Source: a bacterium (lineage in GTDB: Bacteria; Patescibacteriota; Microgenomatia; Curtissbacterales; GWA2-41-24). Taken from it: DNA of 64,000 nt. The notes beneath the pieces were generated by a model, which worked only from the letters and a program-made list of their open reading frames with translations, searched no databases and was not told where the DNA came from. The stretch's first letter is position 1. Every line of letters begins with the position of its first letter. The position numbers and the translations under genes were made by a program. The stretch spans positions 11,424 to 75,423 of the forward strand of contig JAKALT010000002.1 of assembly GCA_021813125.1 (NCBI GenBank), written 5' to 3'. Positions 19,038 through 28,794 of the stretch are shown piece after piece.

Positions 19038-19067
19038 TTGACAACTTCGGGTTTTATTTGGTATATA
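19038..19067 (+). promoter_or_regulatory. lexA promoter with LexA box TTCGG-GTTTTA-TTTGG (19046-19061)
   Basis: TTGACA at 19038; the box in the spacer is an identical 16-mer to 33343-33358. Confidence 0.8.
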
Positions 19068-19076
19068 TAGTGTAAC

Positions 19077-19697
19077 ATGAGTTTGGTTTTATATAAACGA
19101 CAAAAGCAGATACTGGATTTTCTCAATGATTACATTGAAAAATACGGCCATGCACCTACTTTGGTAGAAATTGCAAAAAAGTTAGGAGTAAAATCTCTCG
19201 CGACAGTTCATGAGCATCTACAAACGCTGGAAAAGAAAGGACTGATAAAGAAATCGGGCGGTATTTCCAGGAGCATAGAACTTATTGATCAAAAAATAGG
19301 GAAAGTCGTAAGAGGTATAGAGTTACCGCTTTCGGGGTTTATAGCCGCAGGAGCACCAATTGAACCTTATACTGACCCTAACGCTACTTTTGCGGTATCC
19401 GCAAACATGGTTTCTCCTAACAAAAAATCATATGTGTTGCAGGTCAAAGGGGAATCAATGGTTGACGACGGTATTTTGGACGGTGATTTTGTGGTTATAG
19501 AAGAAACAAACCAGGCAAATAACGGAGATATTGTAGTTGCAATGATCGAAAACGGCATCGTCACACTAAAACGATTTTTCAAGGAAAAGGACAGGGTTAG
19601 GTTACAACCGGCAAATACAACAATGCAGCCAATTTTTGCAAAAAGTGTGACTATTCAGGGCAAGTGTGTTGCGGTAATCAGGCGTTACCAGAGTTAA
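19077..19697 (+). CDS. lexA: SOS repressor LexA
   Basis: wHTH, IAAG, VKGESM, TLKRF; divergent from uvrB. Confidence 0.95.
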   Translation: MSLVLYKRQKQILDFLNDYIEKYGHAPTLVEIAKKLGVKSLATVHEHLQTLEKKGLIKKSGGISRSIELIDQKIGKVVRGIELPLSGFIAAGAPIEPYTDPNATFAVSANMVSPNKKSYVLQVKGESMVDDGILDGDFVVIEETNQANNGDIVVAMIENGIVTLKRFFKEKDRVRLQPANTTMQPIFAKSVTIQGKCVAVIRRYQS

Positions 19698-19716
19698 TTA
19701 AGAAAATATCTAGTGT

Positions 19717-21072
19717 TCACAGAAAAGATAATAGAAGTGCTACCGCAAATATTCCCATCACAAGAAATGCAGTCCATAGCCCCAGCTTTGACCAAACGCC
19801 GCTCTTATGCTCTCCCATGATATCTTCCCTTGCCGAAACGCGAGCTATCAGATAAATTAGCGGAACAGCTGCTATTCCATTGAAAACGGCAGTGAGAACG
19901 AGCGCTTTCATCGGGTCAAAGCCGACGAAGTTAAATATCAGTCCTACCAGTGTTCCAAAAATTATAACGAAGTAGAATTCCCGAGCTTGTTTAAATTTGC
20001 GAAACAATCCTTCGCGCCAGTTAAATGTTTCGGAAACAGCGTATGAAGATGAGCCTGCAAGTATTGGCACGCTTTGAAGGCCGATTCCAATTACGCCAAT
20101 GGAAAAGATTAGCTTTGCCAAAAAACCGGCATTCGGAAAGCTTTGCACCAAAGGTTCAAGTGCTTTGGCTGCATCTGCGGCTGTTTTAATGTCGGTTATA
20201 CCTGCGCGGTTTAAGACTACCGCGCCAACAACAATGATAAACCAGGCGCTAACGTTGGAGAAAAGCATTCCTACTGCTGTGTCGATCCGCAGCCGTTTAA
20301 GATATGGTTTTGAAATACGAGGAATACTTTGCGTGTTTTCCGCCAAACGATGTTCTGCAATTTCGTCCTCAACAACGTTACTGGTCTGCCAAAAAAATAA
20401 GTAAGGCGAAATAGTCGTTCCAAAAATTCCAACAATTATGTAGAGGAAGTCCTTGTTTAATTCTACATGTGGAATTAACGTTGCTTTTAAAATCTCGACC
20501 CATGGTACCCGAACCATAAAAGCAGTAATAAAATAAGCGAATAAAGCCATCGCAAGCCACTTTAAAATGTGCATATAAGTTCTGTAGGAAACCATGATTT
20601 CCAAAATCAAAATAATGATTGCAAAAGTAACTGCCAAAAGCGCAAAAGGTACATTTGGTAGTAGCAGGCGGGTGCTTGCGGCCATTGCGCCGATATCCGA
20701 ACCGATATTAAATGTGTTAGCGGTAACAACAAGAGCTACAACTGGATAAAGAATTTTTTTTGAGTAATGGTCACGAACAGTAGCAGCTAAACCCTTACCG
20801 GTGACAGCCCCAACTCTTGCGCAGGCTTCCTGGACGGCTGTCATTAGCGGGAAGGTGAAAAGCATCGTCCATGGCATATGGAAGCCAAATTGAGTACCTG
20901 CTTGTGAATAGGTTGCAATACCGGAGGGGTCGTCGTCTGCCGCTCCTGTTACAATACCGGGGCCAAGAATGCGCAGAAACCGGCTAAAACCCTTTTTTTT
21001 AGATTCCCGTGGAAAAGCAGGGGTTTTTTTTTCGTGCTTTATGAGTTCATCCGGAAATTGAGGAGCACCCAT
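19717..21072 (-). CDS. NRAMP-family divalent metal transporter
   Basis: GPGIVTGAADDDPSGIATY, GTTISPYLFFWQ, multiple TMs. Confidence 0.88.
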   Translation of the reverse strand: MGAPQFPDELIKHEKKTPAFPRESKKKGFSRFLRILGPGIVTGAADDDPSGIATYSQAGTQFGFHMPWTMLFTFPLMTAVQEACARVGAVTGKGLAATVRDHYSKKILYPVVALVVTANTFNIGSDIGAMAASTRLLLPNVPFALLAVTFAIIILILEIMVSYRTYMHILKWLAMALFAYFITAFMVRVPWVEILKATLIPHVELNKDFLYIIVGIFGTTISPYLFFWQTSNVVEDEIAEHRLAENTQSIPRISKPYLKRLRIDTAVGMLFSNVSAWFIIVVGAVVLNRAGITDIKTAADAAKALEPLVQSFPNAGFLAKLIFSIGVIGIGLQSVPILAGSSSYAVSETFNWREGLFRKFKQAREFYFVIIFGTLVGLIFNFVGFDPMKALVLTAVFNGIAAVPLIYLIARVSAREDIMGEHKSGVWSKLGLWTAFLVMGIFAVALLLSFL

Positions 21073-21120
21073 AATTTAAGAATACGTATTAGTGCCTTTT
21101 TTGTCCAGATGTACCGGCAA

Positions 21121-21768
21121 TTAAGAAATTTGTGATTTGTGGGTTTTTGTTTTTTTTAGCTTTAAATAAATGTAGGCTGCAATGAGAATTATAAAAATAA
21201 CCACGATCGCTATATCAAATTTTCTAAAAATTGGCCTTAATATTTGCCAATTTTGGCCCAGGACGAAACCGATATATGCCAGAAGGTACGACCATATAAG
21301 CGACCCGAAAAAAGTTAGTGCCGAAAATTTCCAGAAGTCGACTTTGGCTATTCCGGCCGGGAGTGAGATGACTGTCCTTACGGCAGGAAGGAGTCTTGAT
21401 GCTGCAGCGAGCCATTGACCATGTTTGTTAAACATTTTTAGGGCTGAGTCGAATTCTTCTTCTGTAAGAAGGATAAATCTGCCGTATTTAATAACAATTT
21501 TTCTGATGTACTTTTCACCTTTGGTATAACCCAACCAGTAAGCAAGCCATGACCCGAAAAGGTTGCCAAGTGTTCCAATCAGTGCTACAAGGGGTAAACT
21601 AAATCTGCCAGTTGCGGCGAGGAAACCGGAAAAAGGCATTATTACTTCCGACGGAATCGGGATAAGCGCTGATTCGAGCGTCATTAGAAGAAAAATGCCG
21701 CTGTAGCCCATTTGGGAAATTATCCCCATCACCCAAAAGACTATCTGCTCTAAAATTGACTCGTGCAT
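21121..21768 (-). CDS. DedA family membrane protein
   Basis: LESALIPIPSEVIMPFSG, RLLPAVRTVISLPAG. Confidence 0.92.
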   Translation of the reverse strand: MHESILEQIVFWVMGIISQMGYSGIFLLMTLESALIPIPSEVIMPFSGFLAATGRFSLPLVALIGTLGNLFGSWLAYWLGYTKGEKYIRKIVIKYGRFILLTEEEFDSALKMFNKHGQWLAAASRLLPAVRTVISLPAGIAKVDFWKFSALTFFGSLIWSYLLAYIGFVLGQNWQILRPIFRKFDIAIVVIFIILIAAYIYLKLKKTKTHKSQIS

Positions 21769-21771
21769 AAT

Positions 21772-21806
21772 TTGACAATTAACAAGTAACCATTAACAAT
21801 TAACCT
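21772..21806. repeat. Degenerate 7-bp tandem repeat x5
   Basis: TTGACAA TTAACAA GTAACCA TTAACAA TTAACCT fills the dedA/rsmI divergent gap. Confidence 0.7.
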
Positions 21807-21810
21807 TAAA

Positions 21811-22467
21811 ATGGGTACTTTGTATATTGTATCGACTCCTATAGGCAATTTAAAAGATATCACTTTAAGGGCAATTGAGATCTTGGGAAATGTAGATATT
21901 GTTGCTTGTGAGGACACAAGGGTTACAGGTCGGTTGCTAACCCATTTAAATATTTCCAAAAAAATGCTGGCAGTTTCGGATTTTAACGAAGAGAAAATGG
22001 TTAGTGAGATTATTACGATTTTGAATGCCGGGAAAGATATTGCACTTGTTTGTGATGCCGGTACACCACTTATTTCTGACCCTGGCTTTAAAATAGTGCG
22101 TGAAGCGGTAAGTAGGAACATTCGTGTTGAATCCATCCCCGGTGCTTCCGCATCCATTGCCGCACTCAGTATCTCGGGGCTTGCTACTGACAAATTCATG
22201 TTTATCGGTTACCTTTCAAAAAAGGACTTAAAAAGGGAAAGCCAGATTAAAGACATAAAGAAAATTGCTGAAACAGTAAAAACTACGTTTATTTTGTACG
22301 AATCTCCGTATAGGGTAGTAAAAACGCTCGATTCGATAAAAAATGTTTTTGGGGATATAAATATAGTTGTTTGCCGTGAATTGACAAAATTGCACGAAGA
22401 AATTTATCGGGGAAAGATTAGCGAATTTAAAATGAATTTAAAAGGCGAGTTTGTGATTCTATTTTAG
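21811..22467 (+). CDS. rsmI: 16S rRNA C1402 2'-O-methyltransferase
   Basis: TPIGNLKDITLRA, CEDTR, DAGTPLISDPG, RELTKLHEE. Confidence 0.95.
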   Translation: MGTLYIVSTPIGNLKDITLRAIEILGNVDIVACEDTRVTGRLLTHLNISKKMLAVSDFNEEKMVSEIITILNAGKDIALVCDAGTPLISDPGFKIVREAVSRNIRVESIPGASASIAALSISGLATDKFMFIGYLSKKDLKRESQIKDIKKIAETVKTTFILYESPYRVVKTLDSIKNVFGDINIVVCRELTKLHEEIYRGKISEFKMNLKGEFVILF

Positions 22468-24062
22468 AGCAGGCTGCGGCCGGTCATTTGAGAAGGTTTA
22501 GGGATTTGCAATACACCTAAAACCGTTGGTGCAATATCTGCAAGCAGGCCCTGGGGCAATTGCTGGGCATTTCCTTCTAATTCTCTAAAGAGAAAAATAG
22601 CAGGGACGGGGCTTATGTTGTGCTCAGTATCGGTTTCGCCTGTCCTTAAATTTATCATTTCTTCGGCATTGCCATGGTCAGCAGTTATAATCAGGCCTCC
22701 ACCGCAACCTAAAACTGTTTTTGCCAATATGCCTAAATTGTGATCTATTGTTTGCACCCCTTTTATGGTTGCTGCAATATTGCCGCTATGACCAACCATG
22801 TCGGCATTCGCATAATTAACAACAATAAAGTCATACATTTTAGTATTAATCTTTTCAATCAACCTTTGAGTTAAAATGTTAGCTGACATTTCTGGAGCTT
22901 TGTCGTAAGAAGCTACTTTTGGAGAATCAATGAGAATGCGATCTTCTCCTTTAAACGGTTTTTCAAAACCGCCATTAAAAAAGTAAGTAACGTGGCCATA
23001 TTTTTCTGTTTCGGCAATATGCAGTTGGCGAGCGTTTCTTTCTGCAAAAATTCTAGCGATCGGCATTGTTACCTCTTCAGGATTAAAAGCTGCGGCTGTA
23101 ACAGGTAAATCTTTAGCATAGCGCGTTAGCGAAACGAAAAATAAATTGGCTATTTTGGTGCCTCTTTGAAACCCAGCAGCTTGCTCGCCCGATGATGTTT
23201 TCAAATTGGAAAGATCGTCCAGCACGAATGCTTCTGTTAATTGTCTTGCCCTGTCTGGGCGGTAATTAAAAAATATCAAAGAATCATTAGGTGAAACCGC
23301 ACCTGTGGGGATGCCCCTTTCGTCAGCTATCATTGTGGGTTCAATAAATTCATCAGTTTTACCGTTTGCATAGGACGCGTCTATGACAGCAAGAGCATTT
23401 ACGGCTTTGTTTTGACCTTTTCCTACAATTGTCCAATAAGCTTTAGCAGTTCTGTCCCAACGATTATCCCGATCCATTGAAAAATACCTGCCACTAACTG
23501 AGGCAATTTCGCCCAAATTTCCGGTTTTTAACTTATTCTCCAGGTCACTCATGTAGATTTTTGCGGAAGTTGGCGGGCTATCCCTGCCGTCCGTAAAAAG
23601 ATGAAGTTTAATTCTGGATGCAGGTACCTGTTTTTTTTGAAGTAGAGTTAAAAGTGCATAGAGGTGGCTCATTTCGCTGTGAACTGCGCCCAAGCCAACA
23701 AGACCCATTAAGTGTATGTTTGAGTTATTTTTTGTGATGTGGTCAATTGCTCCTATTAAAGCTGGGTTTTCGAAAAAGGTACCGTCTGCAATAGCATTAT
23801 TAAGCCTTAGTAGATCCTGGAACACGACCCTGCCTGCCCCAAGGTTGATATGGCCTACTTCGCTATTGCCAACATGGCCTTCAGGAAGACCGACCGCCTG
23901 ACCGGATGCAACAAGTAAGGCGTGCGGGTAAGAAAACCAAAAATTGTTGAAGTTGCTCGGGTTTGCTCTTGTGATTGCATTGCCCGGACTGTCTTGGGAA
24001 ACACCCCAGCCATCCAAGATACACAAGACAACAGGTTTAGGTTTTTCGGTTACTCTTAACAT
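22464..24062 (-). CDS. gpmI: 2,3-BPG-independent phosphoglycerate mutase
   Basis: ILDGWG, GNSEVGH, DMVGH, TADHGN. Confidence 0.96.
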   Translation of the reverse strand: MLRVTEKPKPVVLCILDGWGVSQDSPGNAITRANPSNFNNFWFSYPHALLVASGQAVGLPEGHVGNSEVGHINLGAGRVVFQDLLRLNNAIADGTFFENPALIGAIDHITKNNSNIHLMGLVGLGAVHSEMSHLYALLTLLQKKQVPASRIKLHLFTDGRDSPPTSAKIYMSDLENKLKTGNLGEIASVSGRYFSMDRDNRWDRTAKAYWTIVGKGQNKAVNALAVIDASYANGKTDEFIEPTMIADERGIPTGAVSPNDSLIFFNYRPDRARQLTEAFVLDDLSNLKTSSGEQAAGFQRGTKIANLFFVSLTRYAKDLPVTAAAFNPEEVTMPIARIFAERNARQLHIAETEKYGHVTYFFNGGFEKPFKGEDRILIDSPKVASYDKAPEMSANILTQRLIEKINTKMYDFIVVNYANADMVGHSGNIAATIKGVQTIDHNLGILAKTVLGCGGGLIITADHGNAEEMINLRTGETDTEHNISPVPAIFLFRELEGNAQQLPQGLLADIAPTVLGVLQIPKPSQMTGRSLL

Positions 24063-25318
24063 TAGGAAAGCTCATGTTCTATAGCCAGAAGCCGATTGTA
24101 TTTTGCTACCCTTTCTCCCCTTGCAGGTGCGCCAAATTTAGCGTAATCGGATCCTATGCCCACAGCAAAATCTGCAATGAAATCATCGTCGGTTTCGCCA
24201 GATCTATGCGAAACTATTGTCTTGAAATTTGCAGCTTTGGCAGCTTTTACTACATCGAGCGTTTCGCTAATTGTGCCGACCTGATTTGGTTTTATGATTA
24301 TTCCATTGCATGATTTTTTATCGATTGCCTTTTTAAGCCTTTCCATATTGGTTGTTATTAAATCATCGCCCACTATTATTGTTTTCTCTCCCATTGCTTC
24401 TGTCATCTTGTGCCATCCGTCCCAATCGTCTTCGGAAAGAGGGTCTTCCAGGGAAAGTAGATGGTATTGTTCGTTTAGGGCAACAAAAAAATCTATAAAT
24501 TCTGAAGCTGTTAAACCAACGGGTCTATCCTTAATTTTATATACGCCACCCTTCATAAATGTTGATGACCCAACATCGACGCTTAGGAAAGTATCGAGAC
24601 CTAATGTGTAGCCGGCTCTGGTAACCGCCTCCTCTAAAATTTTAAAAGCATCTGAGTTCGAATATAGTGTCGGTGCATATCCGCCTTCTTCACCCAGTAG
24701 CGTGATACCGCTATGGTTTGTAATGACCTCTTTTAACGAATAATAGATTTCTACCCCTGTTTTTAAATTTTGGGAATAAGAGTTTGCACGGGGCGGTACT
24801 ATTAAAAATTCTTGAAAATCAATATTTCCGCCTCCGTGCTTGCCGCCGTTTAGAATATTAAACATTGGTGTTGGTATAGAAAACTGGTTGCTTTTTTGAC
24901 TCGAAAGAAGCATCGAGATGTATTGGTAAAGAGTTAATTTGAGCGAAGCCGCCTGGGCACGAGCTATGGCTCCTGAAAGAGCTAGGATGCTGTTTGCTCC
25001 CATTTTTGATTTATTGTCTGTTCCGTCAATTTGAATCATGATCTTGTCCATTTCCAGCTGGTTTGAAGCATCTTTGCCTATTAATGCCGGTGCCAGAAAA
25101 GTGAGGATGTTTTCAAGAGCTTTTAGTACGCCATGCCCCCCGAACCTGCTACTGTCGCCGTCCCGAAGTTCCACGGCTTCATGTTTGCCTACAGAAATTC
25201 CAGAAGGGGTTGCAAAACCGCCCACGGCTCCATCTTCAAGCTGAACAATGGCTTCTATTGTTGGCATACCACGGCTGTCTAAAATTTCTCTTGCAATTAT
25301 TTTTTTGATTTTGGCCAT
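24062..25318 (-). CDS. eno: Enolase
   Basis: LDSRGMPT, NGGKH, GDDL, SHRSGET. Confidence 0.95.
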   Translation of the reverse strand: MAKIKKIIAREILDSRGMPTIEAIVQLEDGAVGGFATPSGISVGKHEAVELRDGDSSRFGGHGVLKALENILTFLAPALIGKDASNQLEMDKIMIQIDGTDNKSKMGANSILALSGAIARAQAASLKLTLYQYISMLLSSQKSNQFSIPTPMFNILNGGKHGGGNIDFQEFLIVPPRANSYSQNLKTGVEIYYSLKEVITNHSGITLLGEEGGYAPTLYSNSDAFKILEEAVTRAGYTLGLDTFLSVDVGSSTFMKGGVYKIKDRPVGLTASEFIDFFVALNEQYHLLSLEDPLSEDDWDGWHKMTEAMGEKTIIVGDDLITTNMERLKKAIDKKSCNGIIIKPNQVGTISETLDVVKAAKAANFKTIVSHRSGETDDDFIADFAVGIGSDYAKFGAPARGERVAKYNRLLAIEHELS

Positions 25319-25319
25319 T

Positions 25320-27593
25320 TTAGTTTCTTGAAACTAATTTTTTTTCCGCTTCTGAGATGATTTCTCTAGTTGATTCCACGACATCCGGGTCAACGGATAT
25401 CGATGTCACACCCCAGGACACTAACATTTCTGTAAGCTGGGGATAAACGGAAGGTGCTTCGCCGCAAATTGAGCTAGTTATGTTAAATTTGTTTGCAGTT
25501 TTTACAATTTTCTCCAAGCACCACAAAACCGAGGGGTCCATTTCGTAATACTCGCTAGCGACCTCTTCGTTGTCTCTATCTGTTCCCAAAACCAGCATTG
25601 TTAAGTCGTTTGTACCAATAGAGATACCGTCTATCCCTACATCTATGAAGTTTTCCAAAGATAAAACATTTGTAGGCAATTCTGCCATCATGTAAAACTT
25701 AAAGGTGGGGTCGTTAAACAAGCCTTTTTCCTCGACTATGGAGCGCACTGTTTTTAATTCCTGAGGGTTTCTTACAAAAGGAATCAAAAGATGTACATTT
25801 TGATGAATTTTCCGAACTTCCAATAAGCTATCCAGTTCCATTTTAAATACATCTGGATCTTTGATATATCTGTAAGCACCACGATAACCCATGAGCGGAT
25901 TGGGTTCCTGGGGCTCGTATTTGTCTCCACCCTTTAAATTTCGATATTCATTTGATTTAAAGTCGCTCGCCCTGTAGATAATAGGCCTTCTGCCGAAAGC
26001 TTTAGCAAACACTGACAGGCTTTTTGAAAATTCTTGAACAAATTCATGCTGTTTTTTTTGCCGGATGTACTCTTTTGGGTGCTGACCGATTTTGGCAAGC
26101 AGAAATTCTGCCCGCAACAATCCGACACCATCTACGTTTTTAGCAGCAACTATTGGTGCCTGATCAGGGTCTGCAAGATTTACGTATAAGTGCGTTGCCG
26201 TTCTCCTTTGTCTTACGTGCTGACTTTCCTTTTCGGCCGTAGTGATTTTGGCCTTTTGTTTTATAGATGAGCCAAGATAAATGATCCCTTTTGAACCGTC
26301 AACGGTGACGACCATGCCGTCTTTTAATTTTTTTAGCGCTCCCTCCACCCCAACAGCACTTGCTATGCCAAGCTCTCTTGAGACGATAGCTGCATGCGAT
26401 GTTCTGCCACCTTTTTCTGTGACAATGGCAACTGCTCTTTTCATTGCCGGTACAAAATCCGGATTAGTCATTTCTGTTACTAAAACAGTCCCTTTGGTCA
26501 CCTTATTTAATTCTGATACGTTTTTTACTATTACAACTTTTCCCGATGCTATTGCCGGAGATGCCGGTGAACCGACTGCTAATACTTTGAGTTTTTCGGT
26601 TTCTTCAATTTTTTGAGGTTTTTGCTCTTTTTTGATTGTTGTTACGGGTCTCGTTTGAACTATATAGATTTGGCCTTTTTCGATTGCCCATTCGATATCC
26701 TGCGGGAAAAAGTAGTGCTTTTCTAACGTGAGACCAATTTGAGCTAGAGATATTATTTGTTCGTCAGTAATCTTTTGATCTTTACTGTGGCTTCTCGAGA
26801 TTTTTAAAAGTACGTCTTTTGATTTTACTTTGACCAATTGGTTTTTTTGAGCATTTATTTTTTTTGCCGTGATTTTTAAGCTTTTTTTGTCTACTTCATA
26901 GTGGTCCGGAGTTTCTTCGCCTTGAACTATCAGCTCCCCGAGGCCAAATATTGCTTCAATTACAACTATTTTTTTATTGGATGTTACCGGATCTAAAGTA
27001 AACATAATTCCGGAAGAATCTGATTGAACCATTTGCTGAACGGGAATTGCGATTTTAACTTTAAAATCGTCATAGTTTTTTTGACGCCTGTAGAAAATAG
27101 CTCTGGCTTCAAAAAGCGATGCCCATGCTTCCAGAACAGCTTTTTTCAGCTCCTCTTTACCGCTGATATTTAAAAATGTCGATTGCTGCCCCGCAAATGA
27201 TGCATCGGGTAGGTCTTCCGCCGTTGCGGACGAGCGCACAGCTACATAAACGTTTTTGCCTTTGCCTAATTTTTCATAGAAATCAAAAAGGGTTTTTTGC
27301 AATTTACTATCGAGCTCGATTTCCAATATTTCTTTTTGGCAGGCTTTTGCTTTCTCTTCGAGCTGCAGGGGGTTGTCGGCATCCAGGTTGTAGAGTATTC
27401 CTTTGATTCTGTCTGCCGCGCCGGAAGTGGTTATAGCTTTAAAGTAAGCCTGGGATGTAACGATAAAACCATTTGGGATAGGAATATTGGCGCGGTACAT
27501 TTCGCCAAGGTTGGCCCCCTTGCCACCAACCATCTCGACGTCGTTTTTGTCTACTTCTGAAAACCAGACAATATCCTGCATAATTTCCGCCAC
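25320..27593 (-). CDS. ppsA: Phosphoenolpyruvate synthase
   Basis: GGKGANL, VRSSATAED, TSHAAIVSRE, ICGE. Confidence 0.94.
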   Translation of the reverse strand: MAEIMQDIVWFSEVDKNDVEMVGGKGANLGEMYRANIPIPNGFIVTSQAYFKAITTSGAADRIKGILYNLDADNPLQLEEKAKACQKEILEIELDSKLQKTLFDFYEKLGKGKNVYVAVRSSATAEDLPDASFAGQQSTFLNISGKEELKKAVLEAWASLFEARAIFYRRQKNYDDFKVKIAIPVQQMVQSDSSGIMFTLDPVTSNKKIVVIEAIFGLGELIVQGEETPDHYEVDKKSLKITAKKINAQKNQLVKVKSKDVLLKISRSHSKDQKITDEQIISLAQIGLTLEKHYFFPQDIEWAIEKGQIYIVQTRPVTTIKKEQKPQKIEETEKLKVLAVGSPASPAIASGKVVIVKNVSELNKVTKGTVLVTEMTNPDFVPAMKRAVAIVTEKGGRTSHAAIVSRELGIASAVGVEGALKKLKDGMVVTVDGSKGIIYLGSSIKQKAKITTAEKESQHVRQRRTATHLYVNLADPDQAPIVAAKNVDGVGLLRAEFLLAKIGQHPKEYIRQKKQHEFVQEFSKSLSVFAKAFGRRPIIYRASDFKSNEYRNLKGGDKYEPQEPNPLMGYRGAYRYIKDPDVFKMELDSLLEVRKIHQNVHLLIPFVRNPQELKTVRSIVEEKGLFNDPTFKFYMMAELPTNVLSLENFIDVGIDGISIGTNDLTMLVLGTDRDNEEVASEYYEMDPSVLWCLEKIVKTANKFNITSSICGEAPSVYPQLTEMLVSWGVTSISVDPDVVESTREIISEAEKKLVSRN

Positions 27594-27637
27594 ATCTTAA
27601 CTTGCAGGATGGGCAGTTAATTTATTGTAACAAATAT

Positions 27638-28324
27638 TTAGTTTGAGAAGTGCCTGAAAAGCATAAGGGAGATTAAGCTTTTTTCGTCCTGATTGGTTTG
27701 GCCGCTTTTTATGATCGTTTCTATCTTTAATGTTGATGAAAATAGGCGTTTTAGAGTTGCTAAATTTAAGGCCCTTGCCTGATATTGTAACTTTTCCATC
27801 TGCCAATTTTGTAAAGGCTTTTTGGAAATGTCTGAAATTTTTTTTGCAGAATAGCCTAATTTAATAAGTATCAGCAAAAACAACCGGTTTTCTATTTGCC
27901 ACGTCAGCGAAACTTTTGAGTCCCCAAGTTTTCCCAGTAGTGTTTGTTGATTATTGCTACCTGTGCCAATTGAATCGAGAAATTTAAAAAGAATAGGGTT
28001 AGGCTTAAAAAGCTTTATAACAGTCTCTTTGGGTAGAAGATTTAAAGTTGAGGGTGGTAACTCCTTTTTCTCCCAAAGTATTACTATGTCACCAGCAGAT
28101 AATTTGTTAAGGTCATTCGGGTTTATTAGCTTATTGGAAATAAGATCTTCACCAATAGTTACTTTTTTAGTCTCAAACATGTTTGTCGTGAAAAGCGCTT
28201 GATAGGCCAATTGGCTACTCTCCGCAGACAACCTTTGTTTTGTAAAGTCTTGGTATTTACCTATTACGTTTTGAAGTTCAAGATATGAGTTTTGGATATC
28301 TTCTCCGTGAACCAAAATGAGCAT
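27638..28324 (-). CDS. holA: Reduced DNA polymerase III delta subunit-like protein
   Basis: MLILVHGED start and C-terminal 'IIKSG' helix typical of delta; short and divergent. Confidence 0.6.
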   Translation of the reverse strand: MLILVHGEDIQNSYLELQNVIGKYQDFTKQRLSAESSQLAYQALFTTNMFETKKVTIGEDLISNKLINPNDLNKLSAGDIVILWEKKELPPSTLNLLPKETVIKLFKPNPILFKFLDSIGTGSNNQQTLLGKLGDSKVSLTWQIENRLFLLILIKLGYSAKKISDISKKPLQNWQMEKLQYQARALNLATLKRLFSSTLKIETIIKSGQTNQDEKSLISLMLFRHFSN

Positions 28325-28578
28325 TACAGTTTGAAGACTTTTGATTTCGCCTTAACATCGCCCTCGACTTTAAGGCCAAACTCATCTCCTGCTTTTGCAA
28401 TATCTATCTGGGCGTGTTCTATTTGCATGGAGCTGACTTTCTGGGATAAACCATTACCTTTTTCGTCTGAAATTTCTATTTCATCCCCTACTTTGAGATC
28501 ACCTTTTGTGATTTTTATGATAGCTACTTTTATTTTGTCGTAATAATGCTGTACTTGCCCTATTTGAATCTTTTTCAT
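28324..28578 (-). CDS. Small EF-Tu domain II-like / U32 C-terminal-like beta-barrel protein
   Basis: IGQVQHYYDKIKVA, LKVGDEI, QKVSSMQIEH, AKAGDEFG. Confidence 0.75.
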   Translation of the reverse strand: MKKIQIGQVQHYYDKIKVAIIKITKGDLKVGDEIEISDEKGNGLSQKVSSMQIEHAQIDIAKAGDEFGLKVEGDVKAKSKVFKL

Positions 28579-28584
28579 TTTATC

Positions 28585-28794
28585 TTAGATGTCCTTATCT
28601 TCCTCGAGTATCTTAGTAATTTTTTCATTTGCTTCTTTAAGTTTACTCCTGCACAGTTTATGGAGTTTTACACCCTCTTCTAGCAGGCCTAAGCCTTTTT
28701 CCAGATCTAAATTCGGGTCTTCAAGCTGGGAAACTATTTCCTCAAGTCTTAATATGGCTTTTGAAAAATTGATCGTTTCTGCTTTTTTAGCCAT
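28585..28794 (-). CDS. xseB: Exodeoxyribonuclease VII small subunit
   Basis: RLEEIVSQLE...EEGVKL; follows xseA. Confidence 0.92.
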   Translation of the reverse strand: MAKKAETINFSKAILRLEEIVSQLEDPNLDLEKGLGLLEEGVKLHKLCRSKLKEANEKITKILEEDKDI